Source of the DNA: Patellaria atrata CBS 101060
Lineage: Eukaryota
NCBI GenBank assembly: GCA_010093705.1
Contig: MU006100.1
Coordinates: forward strand, 124,001 to 188,000
Length of the DNA stretch: 64,000 nucleotides
Direction: 5' to 3'
The translations under genes and the position numbers were made by a program. The notes beneath the pieces are model-generated. The model was not told the origin of the DNA and did not search any database. It saw only the letters and a program-made list of their open reading frames with translations. This document shows, in pieces, positions 25,301 to 36,581 of the stretch. Every line of letters begins with the position of its first letter. The first letter of the stretch is position 1.

Positions 25301-25862
25301 ACTCGAACTGACCGCAGTTGAGGAAGAAGTCATCATCAATAACCCAGCCGCAATAGCAGCAAACGGATTTCAAGTCGAGATTGACGAGAGTGGTGAGAGG
25401 CCTGTAGGAAGATGTTGCAGGCTCCTAGGCCTACCGATGAGTCGAGAAGTCACATTCACAACCGAAGACCTGGAAGAGCTCATAGCACTCCTGTCCGAAA
25501 GCGGCACTTCCTCCTCCTCAGCGCTTTTGTCCCCTGGAATCGTTTCCGCGAGCACGTTGCTCTCCCTGAACCATCTAAACCAGCACATTCCCCGTCCCTC
25601 GAAAGTGAGACGTCTACTCGCGATGCGGGCGTGTAGAGGTAGCATCATGATTGGAAAGACTTTGACGGAGAAGCAGATGAGGACTGTGGTAAGGAATTTG
25701 GGAGACTTGGAGAAACCTTGGAATTGTCCGCATGGGAGGCCAACCATGAGGCATTTGACGGCTCTGGGGACGTGGGAGGGATGGGGGGAGGGGGATGGGT
25801 TGGTGGGTATGGAGAGGGACGGAGGGAAGGTGAATTGGAGGGAGTATGTTGAGGGAAGGTGA
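22387..25862 (+). CDS. PMS1: MutL-family mismatch-repair endonuclease Pms1 (PMS2 orthologue); exons 22387-22419, 22478-22574, 22630-22716, 22771-25862
   Basis: [16 protein letters not shown] and [13 protein letters not shown]ase motifs; C-terminal [23 protein letters not shown] and CPHGRP endonuclease motifs. Confidence 0.95.
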
Positions 25863-26163
25863 ATCTATGTTTGTGGGTTAGGAATGGATTGGAAGGTATC
25901 TATACATCTCATCGTATTGTTATTACTAATATACACAGCTCAGAGGCTGCTATAGGGAATATCCAACCCCTATTAGGTGATGCGGGATGATTCCGCTCCC
26001 ACAAATCTAGCTATTCTACTATTTTGTCAACATATGATTCATGACATATATCAACGCGTGGTCGCATATCAACTTCCAGCCAATACTGACTCTATTGAGA
26101 TTCGTTTTGAGTGATCGCCCAGAAATGAGCTGTCCGTTCTAAGGTTATTGAATTCCTGAAATC

Positions 26164-26982
26164 ATGGCAACAAAGCAATCTATATCTTCCATCATCAACC
26201 GTCCTCTTCCTAACGGGGTTACATACAACCTCACTGAGCCCTCTCAAACAACCATTACCCTTCCACCGGGTTCAACATGGACTAGTGGTCTACATTGGCA
26301 TGAGACCCATACCGAGTACCTTCGTGTCGTGAAAGGCTCCATCAGAGTTACGCTTGATGGGAAGGTCACTATAATCACAGCCTCTCCTTCATCATCCACA
26401 AAGGAGTTGACCGTGAGGGTTGATAGAGGAGTCAGACATGAGTGGGGACGAGCCGACTCTACCACCTGGCTGGTACAGGGAAGGGACAATGACGTAAGAG
26501 GTGACGAAGAGGCTATCGTGGTCGAAAGTACCGATCCCAATGACGGCGAAAAGTCTATATTCTTTTACAACGTGAACGGCGTCATCCTAGATGCTCAAAA
26601 GCGCAGTGAAGGTTTAGCCGCGAGACGACATAATCACAGTTTCGTTCTTCCCAAGGGACTGCGGTTCTATGTTGAAAGCGTGGTCTTCGATCTCTGGGTC
26701 ACAGTCCAACTCTTCACCATCTTCCATACGCTCGATAATTGGCCGGTGCTGGTGGACCTGAATTCGCGACGATCGAGAACGGTGCAGTCATCGTGCTGGA
26801 AATCGAGGTCATTAATATTGCTCCACGCCATCGAATGGGGGGTCACGCATGCCGTCTTGTCTGCGGCGACGCTCATCGGCAGACTGGTTGGCATCGACGC
26901 GGTAAGGGAGGAATACACACCCCCTGGGCTACGAAGCAGTTGGAAGGATTCAGGGCGTAAGAGGTGGCAGAAGGACCTGTGA
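26164..26982 (+). CDS. Cupin-fold (RmlC-like) protein with hydrophobic C-terminal helices
   Basis: Cupin motif 1 GLHWHETHTEYLRVVKG and motif 2 VDRGVRHEW; single-exon 272-aa ORF. Confidence 0.8.
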   Translation: MATKQSISSIINRPLPNGVTYNLTEPSQTTITLPPGSTWTSGLHWHETHTEYLRVVKGSIRVTLDGKVTIITASPSSSTKELTVRVDRGVRHEWGRADSTTWLVQGRDNDVRGDEEAIVVESTDPNDGEKSIFFYNVNGVILDAQKRSEGLAARRHNHSFVLPKGLRFYVESVVFDLWVTVQLFTIFHTLDNWPVLVDLNSRRSRTVQSSCWKSRSLILLHAIEWGVTHAVLSAATLIGRLVGIDAVREEYTPPGLRSSWKDSGRKRWQKDL

Positions 26983-27016
26983 TCGAGAACTGTCGAACGC
27001 GTGTTCCATATTAGTG

Positions 27017-27050
27017 TTTTTTTTTTTTCTTTTTTCTTTTTTTTTTTTTT
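27017..27050. repeat. Poly-T tract
   Basis: ~34-nt T run with two C interruptions just downstream of the cupin stop. Confidence 0.9.
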
Positions 27051-28748
27051 GGGTTAATGAGGCGGCAGAATGCGGCGGCGGTTTGTGAGGACGCGGCATC
27101 GGATTTCTTTTGTGTTATCGGTGGTTGTTTGGGATGGAGTTGGGATAGGTTCATATACTGTACTTAAGCCCCCCTCGGACAACTTGATGGATTGCAGGTT
27201 CAAGAATTGAAGAGATTTTCTGCTAGATACAAGGGAAAGTGGGAAAGGGAGATGACAAGTTGCGATGGCGTGCATGCATTGAAGAAATTAGGTTTTTTTT
27301 TTTTCTCCTTGTCTGTATGTACCGGTCTGCACCCCAAAGACGGGGAGAGTGCAGAGGTTCATGTATTCTCCTTGTCCCGTTTGCAGCTTTACAGCGGGAT
27401 ATTGCATATACTCCACTTTCTATCTCCCTGAATCATTCTCGCGATATACTAAGGTGGCTCTACTACTGATATCGAGATAGCAGTTCGCAGTTCTGCAGTA
27501 GCGAGAGGAGTTTCTAGAACATGAGTTCTGAATTCCCGGTTTTTGAGGTTCAAGACAAGTCAAGATAGCTTCCCCGATCATGAAGGTATGATTGGCGTAT
27601 ACTAGCATGTAGTTCTAGTCGAGGGGCGTCAAGGGGAAGATGCAGCAAGACAGCTTGAACCTCTCTGCAGCTTTCAACAGGTTCCCAAAGCTCAACGAGA
27701 GAAACAACGACGGCTCTGCGGCATCTTCGCATCCACGGATTGAATTGAATCTGTACATCTACCTTTCAGCAACATAGGAAAGCAGATCAATTGGATTGAG
27801 CGAACGATGACCGATAATAGTTGAAGGTACATGAAGTGAGCAGTGTGAAATGGATTCTAACAATATCATCATCCATCAAGGGCCTTGAAGCAGCTTGGTC
27901 CCGAAACGGTTCCACACATGAAGCCAGCAGCTCCTTCCACTCCCACCATTCCTCCTACCTTTTCCCTCTCTCCTCCCCCAAGCGAAATTCATTCCGCTGT
28001 AGGCGCTACAAGGCTGGAAGTACGGAGTACATCTCTCAAAAACGACGATCAGTCGAATAATCGAGGGAATGCCGTATGCAATTGCCCTAACTTACTCCTC
28101 AATCTACTTGTAAGGGTCCATAACGTTGTCTGCAAATCGACACAAACAAAGGGCGTCATGCAAAGCTTGTGAATTGTTTGAAAGATTCCCTCTTGAATCC
28201 TCATACTGCCTCCTTCATCAATTAAGGTTAGTATACTACCTACCTACCATACTAAGAAACCGCCCCCGACGGCTCGTTCCTTCTTGCTCTTGATCGCTTT
28301 TCTTGCTACTTTATCAACAGACTAGAGACTTCCGTGTATAGTTAGAGTTTGAACTCCTACCTCGCTCCTTCCTAATCACGCCATTTGTAACTAGTCGTAT
28401 ATGGAATTGCCAACCTCAAACCGACACTGTTGCGAATTATTACGCGTCTTGTAAGCGAATCAGAGAGTCAGATGGGGAGTTGATGGAGTTGATTTCTTAA
28501 TTCTCAAATCACACCTACGCATTCACCGGGTTGATGGTTAGTTCGGCCTTAAGTGCAGCCTTAAGGTGATCCTTTTAGCTGGGCGCGCCTTCACCGCAAC
28601 TTCATCTGCTTTCATTGGTTCACCTCACAGCCGCTCCACAGCTTCTCTAAACCTTCTAGAGATTCCACCCCACGTCCAATAATGGACCTCTTTCAAATTG
28701 CTTAAGGTAGTAGTCGCTTCACAGCTGAACGTTATTGTGATGGACGAA

Positions 28749-28806
28749 AGAAGTCACAGAAGTCGCAGAAGTCGCAGAAGTCACAGAAGTCACAGAAGTC
28801 ACAGAA
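28749..28806. repeat. 9-bp minisatellite (AGAAGTCRC)6
   Basis: Six tandem copies, differing only at one A/G position. Confidence 0.95.
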
Positions 28807-30002
28807 CGTCTCAAGGGAAAAGAAAACCGTTAGTCTCAATAGGAGATAGTTGATAGTCGGTCCCTGCATTATTCCATCACACTCCGGCCCACTCCTTCGA
28901 GTCTGCATTTCCCAAGATACTTCCCAGCATCATCCCCATCAAACGAGTTCTCCTCGTGAATTTTTATTAGTCTTGTACCCTTTCGAAGGATTCTTAGAAA
29001 ACTAATATTGACGAGCTTTTAAGCATGTCAGGATCCATAGCTTCCTAGGGATTTGCAACCGTCCGTCACTCCATCTCCCAATATTTCCCTTATTCCCACA
29101 CAACGAACCTCTCTCGCTCTTCCCCGTTCCGCCAACCCGCCCTAGGTCTCACCGAAGGAACCCCTTCACGCCTTGTAAAATTTCCCCACTTCAAGCATTG
29201 ACCCTATCCGTCTGGTGTCGTGCATAATATAGTTGCTACCGTATGTACATGCGTCCGTGACGGGCCGAGGATTTTGCTGTCGGTCTCTGGCGTTGGGAAC
29301 TTGAGGATGTACCTGCCTCCTTCCAACTACCTGTCTCTCCCTCTCCCTTGCCCAACAACTAACACTAACCACCCCTACTGGAAACCTAATTACGAAACCA
29401 CACTTTCTTTTCCCGGCCCCGGGATTCCTTCCGTCTCCTGCCGGTATTTTAAACCCCCCCCCCTTCCGTCCCCCAAACCCATCTAAAGGATTACCCCTTC
29501 TTTCCTCGCCCTTTCCCCCCTCCCTCTTTCCCGACGTGCATTTCTTTACAGATCGTTCGTGTAACACCTACTTCCACTTCCGCACAAGCGGGCTTTCCGT
29601 CGCGCCTAGCTTAAGGGACCAGCAGTGAGATTTGGGTGTTTTCTCGGGCAATATAACTTTGTGGAAAGAGTAGATCCGCTACCTACTTTTACCTTACTGT
29701 CCGCATCTTAGGTTGCTGGGCTGCTCCAACTACCCATTCAAGAATACAGTCTCCACAACGTCTTTTTTTCTCCTACCATGTCTATGTCCGCAGGGCAAGG
29801 CAACCGTGGTGGATCATGTACTGGGCTGTATGTATGTACTTTAGGTTGGACCCTTTTGCAAAAGACTTCAGGACGAGGACCCTTAGCAAGTTCCTCTCTC
29901 CCGTATTCCCAGACAGAACCCTCATCAAACCCCCCTTCTCCATTATACGCTCTAACCCACCGGCTCCCCTTCAACACGACACAAAACATCTCAATATCCA
30001 TC

Positions 30003-30028
30003 AAACCCAAACCCAAACCCAAACCCAA
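30003..30028. repeat. (AAACCC)4 simple repeat
   Basis: Directly visible. Confidence 0.9.
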
Positions 30029-30414
30029 GCGAAAGGGACCAAACCGGTCTCACCGCCCATACCCGTACATCTAGGCGTAAGTAAGCCAGCAAGGGCATCA
30101 TCCACACCCGAACCCGCCTCCCTACCTAAGCAGACGTGAACGGACCAATCCAATCCAATCACCTCCCTTTCCCCATCCACCCTTTGACGAATCCACACTG
30201 CAACGAACTCACGGACCCACACCCGCACCGCGAAAAACGTGGCCCACCTGCATGTTCCCGGCGTTTAGTGTAGTGTAAACTCCCGCTCCACCACAAGATT
30301 TTGGCTTTGTATCTTATCTCTATCGTGAGATTTGGGGGGCGAAAGGTTGGACACGACTGAGGCTTGCTTGCTTGCTGGCCGTCATGGCAGGCAGTATAGA
30401 CCTTTCCATCTTCC

Positions 30415-30462
30415 ATCTATCTATCTATCAATTTATCTATCTATCTATCTATCTATCTATCC
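30415..30462. repeat. (ATCT)n microsatellite, interrupted
   Basis: Directly visible. Confidence 0.9.
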
Positions 30463-33400
30463 GTCTCTATACGGTACGTATGTAGTTATCTAGCTAGTTA
30501 CATAGACACGTAGATAAGTATGTAAGTAAGTATGCTACAAACGGCCCACCCACCGACTCACCCATACAGCACAATACCCTACCCTACCCCGTCACACCTC
30601 AATGATATAAATGGAGGGTCGCACGACAGTAGTAGTTTCCCCCCCCCCCCCCCCCGGGCTAGAGCGCTCATATGTTTGGTCGATCTTTCAAGAAGCGGTG
30701 AGAGGGACGGGCGGGAGGTGGGTATGCGAGATTGGCTACGTAAGGTAGTGTGGTTGATCGTAGATGGGGTAGGTAAGGCTGAGGGCTTAAGAGAGGTTTC
30801 TTTTCTTCTTTTTTTGGGGAAGGGGAAGGAGGGGGGGAGGGAGAGGGGGGGATGTTGGTGCGGTTAACTACCTTTTGGAGGAGAGGAAAGGATGGAGGGG
30901 TAGGGTTCTGCCGAGGTAGTGTGGAGGATTGAGGGGGCTGCTGGGTTTGGGTTCGGTGGTCGATTATCTTGATTGCCTTATGTTGATGGTGGGTGCGGAG
31001 GTTGATAACCAGATTGAGAGTGTCAGTTAGGGCTGAGCCGCTACGACTGGCCTTTGAAGGAGGAGAATGACGCTTCGACGAGAATCTGAGTATGCCCGCT
31101 TATCGTTGCTGTGGAGAAGCTTCTTTATCGCGTGCGGCATGCTCGATACTGACATTGTGCAATAAGGCTGAGCTTCTACTAACTCTGGCTGTGCACGCGA
31201 AAGAGGGAACGGGTAAAGACAACGGGACACCCAGTTCCAATGAACGGAAAGAAGGGCAAAGTGTGTAACCTATTACCTCTCCCTCCCCCGTCCGATCGTC
31301 GAGCGCGGAGGAGTGTAGGGAGGGCTGACATAGCAACCACCACCACCAACGGCGGAAAGAGCAATACCTACATACGGTTACGGTCGTGTAGGATATAGAG
31401 GTGCAGACTTATAAGGAAGTGGAGACTTAACAGGAAGTGGGGATTTCGAGAGAAGTGGAGGTATTTTGGGGTTAGGTCGATGTAAGGCCAGAGATGCGCG
31501 GCGCTTCGTATACTTTTAAGGTACTGTAGGTAAAGTAGGCAAGGTAGGTATGACTAGACTCGATGAGATAGCTTATTCTGCTTAGGAATAGAGACGGCTG
31601 CTCTTCCGCGCGATTCCGATGGCTATAGGGCGAAAATTGGAATTGTATGAGTTTCTGAGCTGATTTTCTCCAGTTCCAAGTCAATCCAATCCGTTCCGTT
31701 CCGTTCTGGCGTGTTGTGGAGTACCCTATAGAGTCCTTGGATGCTTACACGCTCTGCACTATCAATCTCGCATCTCGTACTTTGTCATCGTGCCATCCTC
31801 TACCCAGTAAACAAGTTCCTCCCCTCCACTCGCCCCTTCCGCACCTCCTAGGTCTAGTGAGCATCTCCACCAACCCTCACTTACAGACCTCTAACAAGTA
31901 ATCTCACCAAGAATCCAAACCACGCACTAATCATCAGCTTTTTAGACCCACCCAAAGGACTAGAGCGGTCTATCATAGCAAGGGTTAGAAGTGTAGGGCT
32001 GAATGACGGGATGAGCGATCAAGTGCTAGTAGGGAAAGAGGTGAGCTCGGATGTGATAGGTAGGTGTTGGAAAGGTAGCGTACTAGGCATTTGGCGGAAG
32101 AACGCGGATAGGAATGGGAGGCTTTGACGTTTTCATTTGAGGGTTGCGGGAGGGATGGGGAGTTAGGCCGTGTTGATCATGTTGCTTGATGTGATGATGA
32201 GAATCACGGTTGGAATGGTAGATACAATTTTAGGGACTATTGAGTTCAATGGTTCGGGGAGTTGGTCTAGCATAAGAATTGAACTTGATTCGGTGATAGT
32301 AGGTAGAGGGACAGGAAAGCACCCAGACGACTGGCGAGGTGGTCTATCTCTCGAACGATCAGACCGAGGGGGTGATCTACTATGATAATGAAAGGATGGT
32401 AAGGACGTCTACTGTGTGAAGAGGAAAGTAGACGAGACGATGATTGAGGTTGATAACGATCTGTTACTATCTTCTGTTGACTCATAACTCTTAAATGAAT
32501 GTGATTATTACCGCCAGGGTTGTTGTCTTCGAGATTACCGTTAACATTGGACTAGGTGTACGGAAAAAGTTGAAGTACTAGGTAGCCCAGAGTGAATAAC
32601 ATCATGTCTATCTCTTGAAACTGAATACTTACGCTGGGACCCCTGACCGAATACTTTGTTAAGAATGGAGTACGCCCTCTTCTCGCTATTATTGAAGGGG
32701 GTAGGAGTACAGTAAACGGAGTGAATGATTATGTAGTGACGGAAGCATGAAAATAGACGATCTGGGTGGAAAGTTTAGATAATATAGAGTGTGTCTAGTG
32801 GAATCGGAAGGCGTTGTTCAGGTCGACATTGCATTTTTACTCTCAGTGTTCTTTCCTGACAACTTCCTACTTTACCCTTAGGGTCATCCATACGAAAGAA
32901 CCGCATCATTATATAGACATAAAACTGGGATAACTTGCTCATTGTGTTCTTGATTGTCCACGTATTTCCATTGCTCTTTTACACAATATCAATCTCGCTT
33001 GTTTCAAGTACTGCTCAAATACCTTTCGCCGCCTCACAACTCTTCTTCTAAGGAATCCATTTGGGACTTACGCGGTGCATTAGCCCTTTCCAATGAGCCC
33101 GGCAAACTGAGAATCGACATCACTCGCATCTACTTCTAATCTTCTTTCGTGGCTCCACGTTCTCGCCAGAACGGCCAGCCATCATCCGAATATGCGCAAG
33201 GGCCCGGCGACAAGATGTTCCAAATGCATTAGATAGGGTAGAGTCGACCCCGGCTCATCGAATGTAGTGGACTCATCCGGGCTTGATGTATCATCGTCTA
33301 ACATCACCGCTTTGGTCGACCTCTTCATGCGATTCAGCAACGCATCTGGATCCTATAGCGTCGCTGGTTGAGGTTGGGATGGATATAACTGCGCTCGACA

Positions 33401-36400
33401 CTTCTTCCTAAGGATCATGAACCCGCGATACGCCGATATTCACTGATTAGAAACCGATCTTAGAGGTAGCAACCCCGCCGATTGAATCCATCTATCTATC
33501 TGTAAGTATTATATACCTTTACGTCTTCCTTCTAGTAACATACGGGAAAGATATACACGATTCCACCGTTTGTGTTATCTCAATTATCTTTCTCTAAACT
33601 CCCTATCAACGGTTTGTTTACCACAACAAACCTTTTAGCGAATCAGAATAGACGGACCTTTAGCGATAAACATCTCGTGAAGTTTCGATGGTGAGGAACC
33701 GTATAGTAGGACTCTGGTTGGCGTTCTCTTTGACGTGCTGACAAACTCCAAGGGGTTTCTTGGTCTACCGTACTGTACAAATATACACCTCAGCTCATTC
33801 AGTTCACAAACATCCAGCTAAAAACCCCCCCTAACTCGTGTATGCTTCCGAAGATACCTTACAGTTTCACCCTGCGCACGAAAACCAGCGTACGGAAGGC
33901 TCGGATTGCAAGGCCCCGATATGAGGTTGTACAAAAAGTTGGCTTCTCAGTAGGGGCTCACTTCCAGCCCCAAACACGCGTTCTCCACCATCTGGCTGCT
34001 TTTCCTGTTCCTGTCACTGCAGCACAGACAGGGTACACGACATTAAAACTAAGAATTTCCCAAGGACGCCCCGTCAGCAAAGTCGTGACCTGATATTTGG
34101 AAAACATCATAGCTCCAACATTGCAGTTCCCTGAGAAGTGGGTCGAACGAAGAACATCTCACACCGCACGAACCCACCCCAATATAGTCGAATAGGGAAC
34201 AAGTTGGGGAAATAATCCCGAAGCGGTAAGTCCAACCTAAAAGACCTCAAAGTGGTCGTTGCTGCCTCACCTCATTTTCACCCTTCACATTCCACCTTAA
34301 AACATCCACCTACACATCACGCAAAAAAAAAAAAGATCCGAATCAAACAGGGAAATCGAAAGGATTCAGCTCGATATTATCGTGGCGTTTTTTTGTTTTG
34401 TTTTTTTTGGAAAAACCGCTGCCGCAGATCTGATGCCGCCGACGTCGTGGGTTCGTTGCACAACGCTCGCAAAACGAGGCCGAGGGATGCTGGACTTGCT
34501 TAAGAGAGCGTCTGCATGCGAATGCGTGGAGAGCTGAAGCGCTCGCGCATAACGTCGCACGATGTCAACCCTGGAGACAGGATAGCATGCGATGTAGTGA
34601 AGTTAGGTGGCACGATGCGTGGCGTCAGGGTTCCAGAACAGGCGCAGAGAAAGGGCTTGCGTTTGGAATGGAAGGTTAGCGGAAGTATCGAATTGGGACG
34701 TGTAAACCTAGGAGGATAGCGAGAAAGATATGAGGAGAGGGAGAGCTGAGAGCTGGGTGTGCATACGAGGGGTATGGTATCGATGAACTGCATGGGGGAG
34801 GCATCATGAAGTGTGAAGCGGTGTGAAGCAAGAACAAGGGGATAGATAAGGTACGGTAGGTCAAGCAAGAGCTGTACGTTCAGTCAACCGTTTTCATTGA
34901 GAGCGTTATGTGTATCTTCAGCATGATGCAAAAGCTGTTGGAGGGGTAGAATACCACCTTCCCTTTACGATGACGTGCCAGATGAAAAATATGGATGGGG
35001 AAAAAGAAGGGAATCCAGGGGATGAGAAGGAGCGTGAAGGACAGATCATGCTTTGCTGCAACTCATTACTTCTCTCTTTTCTGGTTTAAAGGGTACGAGA
35101 AAGGCGTGATGCGTATGTATATATGTAGACAAAATAACAGCTCCCTATATGTATATAGAGAACATATCCAAGTAAGTAGCAATCTATAGTATATAATAGA
35201 TACCCTATAATAGATTCTACCTCATAAAAGACATCCCTCCCTAGTTCCTCATATCTAAGCTATTATACTTGAGATACATCACACAGACTCATAACGCACT
35301 TCACATCACCATGATCCTCTCTATCCCTGGCTTTCACTTCATCTCCTCTATCCGTTCACAGTAATCACATATCCTTTCTCCTGGTCGTGAGCCCCTACTC
35401 TCAGTTATGTAGTATCTCGTATTTACCCGGTAAGAACGGCTCACCCCGGCTTTACATAAACCGTAATGTTCTCTACAGCGCCTAATCGCAGTCATGGAGA
35501 CATGAGACAACGCTTCCTGAACCCAAAAGCAGCGTAATGGTGAGTCTGGAAAGGAAGACGTGCATCACTCATCGTCCACCCACCTTAAAACTCCATAATC
35601 TCTTTGCGTAGGTCGGAGACTTTTCTCTGAAAAGCGCCTCGAACTGAATAGTCGGGTGGAATTTGAACTAGATATGTGCGCGAGATCGAGACACCAATTA
35701 AGGCTGCTTGAGTTCTGAAGACGAGAATTATGAGGATGCTGCATCGGACGCTCGGAAGGTTCGAATACGTTGGAAAGTGGAAGAGGAAGATGGCTACGGT
35801 GTTAGGGGTATTTGAGACCGGTAGGATTGCTGTAGGAAAAGGATGACACTCAGGTTGTTTGGAAAAGGGTACTACAAAATCAAGGTTGAACTGGATTGGA
35901 GGTGTGAAAATTATGAAATATGTACTTTGAATGCAAGGCGTACTTGACCTTTTCCTCTAATGAGAGTTCAGGTTTACGGCAGAGAAAAATCAAGACGTAC
36001 CTCACCCTCTGTGACTTCACAAACACAGACACCCTCCCCCAATCTAGCAATAAACCCCCCCTTTATATTCCATACCGACGAGCTCTTCTTCCGTTCCGCC
36101 TTGGTGCAGTTGGTGTAGGTTGGATTCGACATCTCCTTTGTCGGCTATCCTATCCAAAAATTTCCTTACAGTCTTAAGTTCGAATCCAGGCAACACGAAC
36201 TTCACTGGGGTGGAACACAATTTTCTTTTCAAAATTAATTTCCCCCCTTAATTCTTTTTCTTTTGCCTTGTGTGTCTTTTTATAAATCCTTTTTTGGGTT
36301 TTATTGGATGCGTATGAGGAAGGATATTATGGAGGGCCCGTTTCCCCTTTTTTTGCTAGGGGATGGTGGCAAAGTACTCTAATAGTTTATGAGGATATAA

Positions 36401-36512
36401 GGGTAAACCTAAATCTTAGTATCACTTGAACAATTACGGAAAGGGAAGTCGTAGATTTACCAAATAGGTATAAAGAGCAGACTAAGCAAAGTAAGGGGAT
36501 TTTGATAACGCG

Positions 36513-36581
36513 TCTTATAAATTAGAACTACGGAGATGTTTCTACAGGATCTTATAAATTAGAAATACAGAGATGTTCCTA
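36513..36581. repeat. Tandem duplication with 37-bp period
   Basis: TCTTATAAATTAGAAcTACgGAGATGTTtCTA (36513-36544) vs TCTTATAAATTAGAAaTACaGAGATGTTcCTA (36550-36581). Confidence 0.9.

Noticed and set aside
30003..30028. Interstitial telomeric repeat
   Set aside because: The unit is AAACCC, not the TAACCC of filamentous ascomycete telomeres; ordinary microsatellite.
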